Virus record (IMG/VR): IMGVR_UViG_3300014348_000043
Location: 1-60,311 of that record
Length of the DNA: 60,311 nt
Source: a virus
Direction: 5' to 3' (one strand)
In this document: one piece after another, positions 51,544 through 58,919 of the stretch
Layout of the letters: every line of letters starts with the position of its first letter
Position numbering within the stretch: the first letter of the stretch is position 1
Program-made: the position numbers and the translations under genes
The notes under the pieces: model-generated
Seen by the model: the letters and a program-made list of their open reading frames with translations, nothing else
Databases searched by the model: none
Told to the model about the DNA's origin: nothing

Positions 51544-51850
51544 CAATCATCCAATCAAGCTCGATTTTTAGCAGCGCTTTTAGACGTGTTGTTTTTAGGT
51601 ATCTCCAATATCGGTAGGCTTTTCTCGCATCTTTAATAGCCACTTTAAGGCTAGAGCCTGTGTGGCCTCCCCGCTCATATCCGTCCGTAAAAATAACGCG
51701 ATAGTAGTATTGTTCAGTAGCCTCCAGCCAGATAAACAAAGCATACCCATCGTGATTTAGTCTGATATACCGATCATCTTTTTCTTTAAACTTATCATTG
51801 GAGATTTTATCTTTCCCCTTTGAGGGGCGCTTTCTTTTATTTTCTGTCAT
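51530..51850 (-). CDS. Paralog family member 2 (106 aa)
   Basis: ATGA overlap at 51847-51850. Sequence: ...DRYIRLNHDGYALFIWLEATEQYYYRVIFTDG...LKVAIKDARKAYRYWRYLK. Confidence 0.75.
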   Translation of the reverse strand: MTENKRKRPSKGKDKISNDKFKEKDDRYIRLNHDGYALFIWLEATEQYYYRVIFTDGYERGGHTGSSLKVAIKDARKAYRYWRYLKTTRLKALLKIELDWMIDEIK

Positions 51851-52095
51851 TGCGACTGCCCTTCTGATCTAGTTTTTATTCTGGCGGCCAGGCGCATTGC
51901 TTTTAGTTCTTTCCAGTGGCGGTAAACCCTGACTGCGTCTTTGAGGGCCGCCCGGGCGCTGTGGCCTGAAATTCCATTCCACATTGTTCCGCCCAGAACA
52001 AAAGCGCAGAAGTAGTCCTGATGCCGCTCGCGCCAAGTGATTTGAACGAAGCCATCGTCCGCCAATTTAAAATGCCGATCTCTTCTGGGTTTCAT
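51847..52095 (-). CDS. Paralog family member 1 (82 aa)
   Basis: Sequence: MKPRRDRHFKLADDGFVQITWRERHQDYFCAFVLGG...ARAALKDAVRVYRHWKELK. There is no SD, but an extended -10 lies 7 nt upstream of the ATG. Confidence 0.75.
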   Translation of the reverse strand: MKPRRDRHFKLADDGFVQITWRERHQDYFCAFVLGGTMWNGISGHSARAALKDAVRVYRHWKELKAMRLAARIKTRSEGQSQ

Positions 52096-52102
52096 GTGGA
52101 AG

Positions 52103-52111
52103 ATTCTAGCA
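52103..52111 (-). promoter_or_regulatory. Extended -10 element TGCTAGAAT, 7 nt upstream of ATG 52095 (possible leaderless transcript)
   Basis: The minus strand reads ...aagTGcTAGAATcttccacATG. No Shine-Dalgarno sequence lies between, and no good -35 is present. Confidence 0.35.
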
Positions 52112-52170
52112 CTTGCCGAAAGTTTACGGAACTTGCAGAAAACTAATTGTAAATTTGAAATCCTATTTAA

Positions 52171-52538
52171 TTGAGAATGAGTCTCATTTGCAATAAGAAA
52201 GCTTTTAAATCGAATAAACCCAGGACAATCTAGTTGAGAATAGGTCTCATGTAGAGTTGATTGCGACTCGATGCGCGACTCGAAACGAAGTTGTTTACCA
52301 CCTCCCCCTGGGTCGAGGCTATAAACAATATAGCCTTTATGGCTTCACAAGCAATGTGCTTGAGGTGATACACTATGTGTTGTCTATTAGCTCGAAGGGC
52401 CTATATTGCAGAATATAGTTGGCCATAATTGTCACTGTCTCAAGGTTAAACAGAACACTGTTATTCTCATTTTGAGACGGTGTAGAACTTCTAGGCAGGA
52501 TTGTAGAATCTCAATTTGAGACGTTTTATTTTGAGGCG
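52171..52538. promoter_or_regulatory. Left operator cluster (TGAGA/TCTCA palindromes)
   Basis: TTGAGAATGAGTCTCAT at 52171-52187; TTGAGAATAGGTCTCAT at 52234-52250; TTCTCATTTTGAGACG at 52464-52479; ATCTCAATTTGAGACG at 52508-52523; a partial TTTTGAGGCG ending at 52538; ATTGTCACTG at 52428-52437. Further hairpins: GGCTATA-aacaa-TATAGCC (52318-52336) and CTATATT-gcag-AATATAG. Confidence 0.55.
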
Positions 52539-52542
52539 TCGT

Positions 52543-52587
52543 GGTCGGGTGCCATGGTCGGGTGCCATGGTCGGGTGCCATGGTCGG
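52543..52587. repeat. Tandem repeat, 3.5 copies of the 13-mer GGTCGGGTGCCAT
   Basis: Exact copies at 52543-52555, 52556-52568 and 52569-52581, then a partial GGTCGG at 52582-52587. It lies immediately downstream (minus sense) of the terminator. Confidence 0.9.
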
Positions 52588-52623
52588 AAAAGAAAAACGC
52601 CTAGCTTTTCAGGCTAGGCGTTT
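52586..52623 (-). terminator. Rho-independent terminator
   Basis: The minus strand reads AAACGCCUAGC-CUGAAAA-GCUAGGCGUUU followed by UUCUUUUCC. It begins about 22 nt after the stop of ORF 52645..52818. Confidence 0.8.
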
Positions 52624-52644
52624 CATGGAATTATTTTTTCAGGT

Positions 52645-52818
52645 CTATTTTTGTTTCATCAGGTCTTCTAGGAAATCACGGACTAATTTTGAAAGATTGA
52701 GTCTGTTTTTCTCCAGAAAATCTTGATGTCTTTGGTACAGCAAGACGGACCTAGTTAGCTTGTCTTCGTCTTGCTTTGTTTCGCCCTTTCGGTACTTTTC
52801 AAGGTCTTGTTTTTTCAC
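52645..52818 (-). CDS. Ribbon-helix-helix-like small protein (57 aa, below the ORF-track cutoff)
   Basis: Starts at GTG 52818. The sequence VKKQDLEKYRKGETKQDEDKLTRSVLLYQRHQDFLEKNRLNLSKLVRDFLEDLMKQK fits a strand-helix-helix pattern (RSVLLYQ / HQDFLEK / LSKLVRDFLEDL). The SD is weak. Confidence 0.45.
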   Translation of the reverse strand: MKKQDLEKYRKGETKQDEDKLTRSVLLYQRHQDFLEKNRLNLSKLVRDFLEDLMKQK

Positions 52819-52833
52819 TCGGGACCGCCTAGT

Positions 52834-53013
52834 TCATCGTGAATATAGATGTCCCCGAACCCATCTCTGAAGCAAGACTTTATTTTTGTTTTTAAAATAT
52901 ACCACGTCGTCAACATTTAAATTCACTTGGACCGCCTCGACTAGTTGCCCGAGCGTGAGTCGGGGCGCGAGGTCCTCGACTCTTAAAATTTTAGGGGATT
53001 GTGCGTTTTTCAT
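52834..53013 (-). CDS. Small protein (59 aa, below the ORF-track cutoff), possibly DNA-binding
   Basis: ATG 53013 has GAGGTG upstream. Translation: MKNAQSPKILRVEDLAPRLTLGQLVEAVQVNLNVDDVVYFKNKNKVLLQRWVRGHLYSR. Confidence 0.55.
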   Translation of the reverse strand: MKNAQSPKILRVEDLAPRLTLGQLVEAVQVNLNVDDVVYFKNKNKVLLQRWVRGHLYSR

Positions 53014-53040
53014 TTTTCACCTCTGCTTTGTTTTGAAAAA

Positions 53041-54501
53041 TTAATCAATGTCGCCTTGAATTGTGAAGTTAGAAACTGTCGTGTTGGGGACTACAGTCCA
53101 AAGTCTTAACTCAAACGACTCCGCGATATAAAAATGAGATTTAGGGGTCAATTCTTTCTCAATGATTTTTGGGTTTTTAGCATCGTATCTATTTTCTTCT
53201 TCAAAAATCTTCCCGCCTAAACAAAGGGGCGCGTGCTCCCGTCCGGTATGCTCGACAACCCCACAAGCAAGGCCATTGAGGGATGCATCTTCGTGGTTTC
53301 GAACGATATACAAGGTATTAGGGCGTCCTTTGCCATGGGCTATTTGAGACCGGACCGCGCACAATTTTTCTTTAGTCTCGTCAGATTCCCATGTATGGAC
53401 TTGGTCCTTGTCTAGTTTCAAAGTCTTGCCGGAATCAATGAAAAACCACTCACCTTGCCTTAGGACCTCAACTCCGTTTTTCATCGCCGTCTTGACTGAT
53501 TCGGGAATCATTGACTCATACGCTTCTGCGATTGATTTTGCGTCCTTTGAGACCTCGCAGAAAAACGGGTTCCAGATACCGTGCTCGACCTCACGTCGAT
53601 CTAGGTCCATTAAAAACTTGCGCCCTGAATTCTCAAGAAGCATGGCCCCGGTGAAATGCATTTCTTGGCCCCCAATGGTGAAATCTTCCTCGGGTCCTTG
53701 TTCAACCACTTTCGTCTCAGCTAGTTTGAGTCCAGCCGATGCTAAAACATTCAAAGGCACTGAAAGACTGGAAGCTTCTCGAACTAGCTTTTGAACGATT
53801 GACTGGCCGCCTAGGACTTTCGACTCAAAATCAGAGCAGTTCAGCCTTTGTGAATTCAATACAATTTTGCCCTCAGAGGTCTTGAACGCGACTAGTGTCT
53901 CACCTAAATATATCTCAGAGCTACTGATTCGGTACTGATCGACTTTGGCCGTCTTGCCTTTGCCTGCTAGGAATACCTCGACCGCGCTCTTATATGAGTT
54001 GAAAGTCTCTTCAGGATTGAAACCTTTCCCTTTGTTCAAAGGCTTAGTTTCATCATCATAATGATTTTTGCATTTTTCGAACTTGAGTCCAGACCCTTCG
54101 AGGTCTGATAGCCTAGGATTAAGTCCTAGTTTTTTTGCTTCAGCCTTCAGTTTCAAAATCTTGTTTGTCTTTTCTTGCATGGCCGCGAGATTCGCAAGGT
54201 CTGAGATATCCTCGGCGTTCGTCTCAAAAATAGTCGCGCCGATGACTCTTAGAATTAAACTAACACAATCATAAATATAATGCCCGGATCGATCCCCTGA
54301 AGATCCCGATCCCCAGCCGCCAGTTGAATAATATGGGCGCTTCCGGATGACCCAGCCTTGTTTCGTCTCAGAATAGAACCCGTGGATATTCTCAAGGTCT
54401 TGTTCGTCGTGAATGATTCCTAGATCATAGGCCAGCGCGAGGTGGAACCCGCCTGAACGCGCTTTTAAAACATTCTGAATAGTGTTGTATTTAATTCCCA
54501 T
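53041..54501 (-). CDS. Orphan protein (486 aa), function unknown
   Basis: ATG 54501 has a strong AAGGGAG 7 nt upstream; the ORF-track start is 54543. The C-terminal part (LRQGEWFFIDSG...IAHGKGRPN...GVVEHTGREHAPLCLG...LWTVVPNTTVSNF) loosely resembles the RQGDV...GH.H...HEEH small-barrel family seen in phages. Confidence 0.7.
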   Translation of the reverse strand: MGIKYNTIQNVLKARSGGFHLALAYDLGIIHDEQDLENIHGFYSETKQGWVIRKRPYYSTGGWGSGSSGDRSGHYIYDCVSLILRVIGATIFETNAEDISDLANLAAMQEKTNKILKLKAEAKKLGLNPRLSDLEGSGLKFEKCKNHYDDETKPLNKGKGFNPEETFNSYKSAVEVFLAGKGKTAKVDQYRISSSEIYLGETLVAFKTSEGKIVLNSQRLNCSDFESKVLGGQSIVQKLVREASSLSVPLNVLASAGLKLAETKVVEQGPEEDFTIGGQEMHFTGAMLLENSGRKFLMDLDRREVEHGIWNPFFCEVSKDAKSIAEAYESMIPESVKTAMKNGVEVLRQGEWFFIDSGKTLKLDKDQVHTWESDETKEKLCAVRSQIAHGKGRPNTLYIVRNHEDASLNGLACGVVEHTGREHAPLCLGGKIFEEENRYDAKNPKIIEKELTPKSHFYIAESFELRLWTVVPNTTVSNFTIQGDID

Positions 54502-54681
54502 TTTGATCTCCCTTGTTTGTTTTTGAAAAACACTTGTCCTCAAGAGACCTTAGTTCAAATGTTATGCCATGCTATTTTAATAGCATTTTAAAACAGTCCT
54601 AAGCACTAGATGCCATCACCTCAAACCTATAGGATCTAAACATGCGCCCATCTATTAATAGGCGCGGCGAGAAGAGCTGCG

Positions 54682-54769
54682 TTCTCATTTTGAGGCGTAG
54701 AACTTGCATACAAAGTGACGTGGATTGTCACTGAGACATGTCTCAATCAAAGACTGCGCCAGTGACAAT
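54682..54769. promoter_or_regulatory. Right operator cluster (same motif family as 52171-52538)
   Basis: TTCTCATTTTGAGGCG-TAGAACTT at 54682-54705, matching TTCTCATTTTGAGACGGTGTAGAACTT at 52464-52490. A 14-bp perfect palindrome TGAGACATGTCTCA at 54732-54745 is nested in a 10-bp inverted repeat ATTGTCACTG/CAGTGACAAT (54724-54733 / 54760-54769). Confidence 0.55.
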
Positions 54770-54808
54770 TTTGGCAAATCGACCACGTTATTTTATGGCC
54801 AGTCCCGT

Positions 54809-54838
54809 TTTACGCAGCAGCCATCTCAAATATATAAT
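54809..54838 (+). promoter_or_regulatory. Sigma70-like promoter for the plus-strand ORF 54944..55318
   Basis: TTTACG (54809-54814), an 18-nt spacer, then TATAAT (54833-54838). Confidence 0.45.
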
Positions 54839-54943
54839 CGAAATAATGGGAGATGAATTTTGGTTGCCACGCGCCTCTCTATAAAACATAAGTTACAGAA
54901 AAATTTTTGAGAAAAAATTCTCGCGTGAGAGGGGAATTCCGCA

Positions 54944-55318
54944 GTGAAATCATTTTCAAGAGAAACAGAAAAGCGAAAAGAATTTGTCTGGTCGAGAGTT
55001 GAGATTCTAAAAAAGCGCCACAAGATCCTCTCAGACCTTTCTCACAGTCTCGGGGAAACTTTGAAAGAGTCTTCGGAGCAAGCCCAGAGAATTGCCAAAA
55101 CCCCCAAAGAAAAAGTTTTTAAAGATCTTGAAATAAAATTGGCACTAAGATTTGAAAAATACTTCAGAGAAAACTATGTCGTCGTCAGCCATTTTTTGAC
55201 GGAAGTTCGAATGCAGCTCGAAGAAGCTCAGATAGAACTCCAAGAGATTATGCGCAAAGAGCGGCAAGAAGTCTCCAAGCTTCCTCTTGCCAAACGGCCA
55301 GAGAAAACTGCCCCCTAA
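54944..55318 (+). CDS. Coiled-coil protein (124 aa)
   Basis: GTG start with GAGGGGA 9 nt upstream. Charged helical sequence. Transcribed divergently from the 486-aa gene. Confidence 0.6.
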   Translation: MKSFSRETEKRKEFVWSRVEILKKRHKILSDLSHSLGETLKESSEQAQRIAKTPKEKVFKDLEIKLALRFEKYFRENYVVVSHFLTEVRMQLEEAQIELQEIMRKERQEVSKLPLAKRPEKTAP

Positions 55319-55349
55319 AAATTTTAAACCAGCTAGAAAATGTATGCCC

Positions 55350-55448
55350 CTAGGCATTGCGACAGATTTCTAGGAACTCAAACCAGTCAATCAGTCCGAG
55401 CTTTAAGGCCCGGACTGCGTTTAGGATTTTAAGATCTGACTCGCTCAT
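55350..55448 (-). CDS. Possible micro-ORF (32 aa)
   Basis: Its ATG overlaps the vWA gene stop as ATGA. Translation: MSESDLKILNAVRALKLGLIDWFEFLEICRNA. Confidence 0.3.
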   Translation of the reverse strand: MSESDLKILNAVRALKLGLIDWFEFLEICRNA

Positions 55449-56608
55449 TTCTCTTCTCCGAACTCCAGCACTTCCCCGAACGGAACTTTTGTGTAGCCAG
55501 GCAGGAGCCCATCCGGCACGGCCCAGAGGACCGGAACCCCGGGCGTATTCCCGAAGCTGTCGCAAACGAGATCCGTCAGCATGACAACGGCAATCGGCGG
55601 CTCTTGCGCCTCGGAGATATGCTGAAACACCGGAGCGAAATCTGTTCCGCCTCCGCCGCGAGGGTTTAGAACTACGTCATCGTCTTCGCCGAAGACTTGA
55701 ACGTCCAGAACCTCACTGTCGAAATAAACAACTTCAATTTCCTTCGGCAAAAGATCTTGTTTGATGCCGTTAATTTCGGCTGCGAAAACATTTAGCATGT
55801 GCCTGTCAACGCTTCCCGAGCAGTCAACACCGATGGCTACTTTCCCCATTTTCTGCCCAGATAAAGACGGCAAAATTAAATCACTGTGCAGGAATCTTCT
55901 TTTCGGTCTTGCGTAGGAGTAATCTGTTTTTGCTTTCTCAGATAAAAAGTTTTTAAGAACTTCTTTCCAGTCAACTTGCGGAGCTAGGACTTCATCCAAA
56001 AGTCGTTCGAGGTTTGAAGAGAGCTTCCCTTGCATCTTGGCTGCGTTCTTTGCGGCGATGACTCTAACTTTTATCTGTGCAGATTTTTCGGCCATCTTGG
56101 CTTCATCTGTTTGTCCTTCGCCGTTGTCGGAGCCAGCGTCGTGAACATCATCCATGGCACCGCCAGGAGTTCCCGCCCCGTTTTTCTCAGCGCCTTCAGG
56201 TAAAAGCTTGTAGACACCTTCTGCGGTCCCGCCGCCCTCTTTTACAAGATGGGGATTTAAAAGTCCCCCGACTGGCATCGAGCCGATTTTCTCTTTCACG
56301 AGCAAGTCGTTAATGACATAGTCAGCGGCCTGGTTCCATTTGTTGTGGTTTCTTCCCGCCCGGCGGCCCATGTGGTCGAACATACAGTGAAGGGCCTCAT
56401 GTGCCAGAACAAAAGTCGTCTCAGCCAGAGTGAGCCTCTCAGTCCACCCTGGATTAATTTTAATTGTCTCGCCGTCTGTTGCCATTGTGGGAACATCTTC
56501 AGCATAGCGAAGCGGCATTGGCAGCAAGATAGAGGCAAAGAACGGGTGGTCTAAAATCAGCCCAGCCCGTGCTTTTGTTACTTTGTCGAACTTAACAGGA
56601 ATGCTCAT
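55445..56608 (-). CDS. vWA domain protein with N-terminal HExxH metallopeptidase-like domain (DUF2201-like)
   Basis: Contains FVLAHEALHCMFDH (HExxH) and a MIDAS-like motif (IGVDCSGSV). Confidence 0.7.
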   Translation of the reverse strand: MSIPVKFDKVTKARAGLILDHPFFASILLPMPLRYAEDVPTMATDGETIKINPGWTERLTLAETTFVLAHEALHCMFDHMGRRAGRNHNKWNQAADYVINDLLVKEKIGSMPVGGLLNPHLVKEGGGTAEGVYKLLPEGAEKNGAGTPGGAMDDVHDAGSDNGEGQTDEAKMAEKSAQIKVRVIAAKNAAKMQGKLSSNLERLLDEVLAPQVDWKEVLKNFLSEKAKTDYSYARPKRRFLHSDLILPSLSGQKMGKVAIGVDCSGSVDRHMLNVFAAEINGIKQDLLPKEIEVVYFDSEVLDVQVFGEDDDVVLNPRGGGGTDFAPVFQHISEAQEPPIAVVMLTDLVCDSFGNTPGVPVLWAVPDGLLPGYTKVPFGEVLEFGEEK

Positions 56609-57465
56609 TATTTTCTCCCCATAAAAGCGCCCATCTTAGCTTCGATGTCTGAAAGAGCTTTGCTGGCGACATCTCGCTTTTTGGAGTCCTGCCGGATTTC
56701 TTTTACGTCAATTTCGCCAACTAGCTCAGACACTTCTTTTCTGATCTTCTCGAGCTGCGAGCTGTCCGAGACATTGAGCATCGGCAAAAGGCTGACCATT
56801 TCTTTGATGTTCTCGATCAAGTTGTCGCGGAAAATAGCATCGGGCTTTTTTAGTTTCTCAGCCGCGTTTTTAACGACAGTGTGAAGGCGATTGAAGCACT
56901 CTTGCGTGGCTTTTAGTTCTGTTTCTTTCATCTTTGCGATGAATGCCTTTTTCTCAGCGTCAGAGATTTCTGTGCGGAAATCTTTTACGTCGGGAAGTGG
57001 CAGGAAAGAGACCTCAAGGCTGAATTTTGAAGAGATGTCTTCGGGATATTCTTCGGCGTCGTAAAGCTCTCCGAGTTTTTGGACCGCTTCGGCTTTAAGT
57101 TTTGGGTAGGCCGCGACGAAGGCTTTTACTGAGGACTCGAACTCAGCTTTTATCTTCTGCATTTCTCCAGCAAACCTTAAATAGTTCTTTCCTGAGATGA
57201 TTCTGCTTCCGTCATTCATCCAAGGAAGTGTTTGTTCGTAGAAGTAGGTTCTAGCCTGGCTAGCCAGAGCTGAAATATTTGAAAGCTCCTCGGCTCCTGG
57301 CAAGAGCGCCTTGTGGTAGCGCCCGGCTTGCTGGCTTGCTTTGTGGGCGACATTTGCCGTTTCTGTTGCCTTTTTGTCGATCTTGCGGCCCGACCATTGA
57401 CTGATCGACACCACGACGAGAAGGGCTTTTTCGGAGAGTGATTTTTTGGCTTTAATCTTTTTCAT
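56608..57465 (-). CDS. DUF3150-like protein (285 aa)
   Basis: Contains LLVVVSISQWSGRKIDKKATE... and is helical overall. It lies between the AAA ATPase and vWA genes, as this family usually does. Assigned from memory. Confidence 0.45.
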   Translation of the reverse strand: MKKIKAKKSLSEKALLVVVSISQWSGRKIDKKATETANVAHKASQQAGRYHKALLPGAEELSNISALASQARTYFYEQTLPWMNDGSRIISGKNYLRFAGEMQKIKAEFESSVKAFVAAYPKLKAEAVQKLGELYDAEEYPEDISSKFSLEVSFLPLPDVKDFRTEISDAEKKAFIAKMKETELKATQECFNRLHTVVKNAAEKLKKPDAIFRDNLIENIKEMVSLLPMLNVSDSSQLEKIRKEVSELVGEIDVKEIRQDSKKRDVASKALSDIEAKMGAFMGRK

Positions 57466-57479
57466 TTTTTGGCTCCTAT

Positions 57480-58484
57480 TTAGTTGAAAAGTGCAGCGCC
57501 TTCTTTGGACGCCCAGTCGATGAATGCTTTTGTTGTTGCGATGTCAGGGCATTTTGCCATGGCGTCTTTGATGTAAAGAGCCGAGAACTCCGGCGGCATT
57601 CTTTTGATGTAGGTCAGAGCCCGGTCAAAAGTTCCTGATGTGGTTCGCGCCACAAGAGCCCCGCAAAGGGCGTAAAGAGTTGCCGGGTCACTCGGGACTT
57701 CTTCTTTCTTGGGGTTCAGCATGATGCGGTCGGGATTTGGCATAGATTTAAACACCTTCAGAAAGGCCATGAACTCGCTGGCAGGGCCTTCGCCTACGTC
57801 CCCTGTGAAGGTCTCAAACTCGGCTTCTGTGACGCCAAGGGAAGCAGAAACGCCCTCAACCCACGCCCGGGGAGTTGCATTGACATCCTGCCGTGCGTTG
57901 TAATTGCTGAGAAGCTCGGGACGAAATCGGATGAAAGCGATGACTTCGGTTTTAACGCCGTTATTGATGGCCCACTGCGTCCAGTCGTCAAGGCTGGCCT
58001 CAAGAGCCACGCGGGTCATTCGGTTTGCCAGATGGCCTAAAATACGGTTTGCGCCAGCTCTGTCGGCCTGGGTGTTTCCTGTGGCGACAATGCTCCAGCC
58101 GGACTTTAGGCGCTTTCCGTGGATTTCACGCTCTTGAATGAGGTTCGCCAGGACTTTTTGGGCCGAGTTATCGGCCTGGGAAAGCTCATCAATAAGAAAG
58201 ATCCCGCTTTCGGGGGTGTTTTTACAGCCCTCGAGCGGGAACTTGTCCTGAGACACGACAAAGATTAGCTCGTCGCGGTTTTTGCCAGTTAAAGTTGGCA
58301 GACCATAGTCTTCTGGCTGAAGCAGAGGAGCATGGATGGCCTTAAAGCCAATGCCAAGCTCCTGGGCCGCCTGGGCAGCGATTTGGGTCTTGCCAAGACC
58401 TGGCGAGGATTCGACCATCAAGGTGCGCTTGATGCCTGCTGTGTGCCGGGACTTGATCTCTTGTTTTAGTTTCGAGGGATTCAT
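57480..58484 (-). CDS. MoxR/CobS-like AAA+ ATPase
   Basis: Walker A (ESSPGLGKTQIA), Walker B (IFLIDELSQA) and the sensor region (IVATGN). 334 aa. Confidence 0.8.
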   Translation of the reverse strand: MNPSKLKQEIKSRHTAGIKRTLMVESSPGLGKTQIAAQAAQELGIGFKAIHAPLLQPEDYGLPTLTGKNRDELIFVVSQDKFPLEGCKNTPESGIFLIDELSQADNSAQKVLANLIQEREIHGKRLKSGWSIVATGNTQADRAGANRILGHLANRMTRVALEASLDDWTQWAINNGVKTEVIAFIRFRPELLSNYNARQDVNATPRAWVEGVSASLGVTEAEFETFTGDVGEGPASEFMAFLKVFKSMPNPDRIMLNPKKEEVPSDPATLYALCGALVARTTSGTFDRALTYIKRMPPEFSALYIKDAMAKCPDIATTKAFIDWASKEGAALFN

Positions 58485-58592
58485 AGTTTTGCTCTCTTTC
58501 TATCTTGTAGTTAAAACACCTTTAAATTCTAAAGTTGTTTCTAATTTAATATGTTAAAAACAACTTTGCAAGATGATTTAAAATCTTTTCCC

Positions 58593-58608
58593 AAGTTGTT
58601 GACAACTT
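58593..58608 (+). promoter_or_regulatory. Conserved promoter/operator-like motif AAGTTGTTGACAACTT (copy 3, plus orientation)
   Basis: It lies about 55 nt upstream of ATG 58662. TATAAG follows 19 nt after TTGACA. It sits in the divergent intergenic region. Confidence 0.5.
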
Positions 58609-58661
58609 CTACCTATAGAACTGTATAAGTTTTTGTCACCTGACAATAGGGGGGTAATTTT

Positions 58662-58919
58662 ATGCGGCTACTGTCACTTGCTTTTGTGTTTTTGTTTTTC
58701 AGCGTGGCCTGTTTTGGGTCAGACCTTAAATTCTGCCAAACCTTGGCGGCCCAAATTGAGTCGGAATATGAAACTTTGTTTGGGGCCGAGAAGGCGATTG
58801 GCGCTGAAGAGATTTGCTATTTTGGAATGACAGATGAAGACAGTGTCACCTCGCTTTGCCTGGACTTTTACTACTTAGGATGCCTAGAAGGTCTCGGAGA
58901 AAACCAACATGCTAAATGA
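58662..58919 (+). CDS. Secreted Cys-rich small protein (85 aa)
   Basis: AGGGGGG SD. Signal peptide MRLLSLAFVFLFFSVACFG. The mature part has 5 Cys. Confidence 0.7.
   Translation: MRLLSLAFVFLFFSVACFGSDLKFCQTLAAQIESEYETLFGAEKAIGAEEICYFGMTDEDSVTSLCLDFYYLGCLEGLGENQHAK

Noticed and set aside
52543-52587. A CRISPR-like array.
   Set aside because: The repeats are only 13 bp and directly adjacent with no spacers. There are no cas genes.
52645-54501. Reading the RHH/HTH-like small genes and operators as a lysogeny (immunity) module, making this a temperate phage.
   Set aside because: The complete genome has no recognisable integrase, excisionase, partition system or protelomerase. The operators could equally control early-gene timing in a virulent phage. 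I kept it as an open regulatory module.
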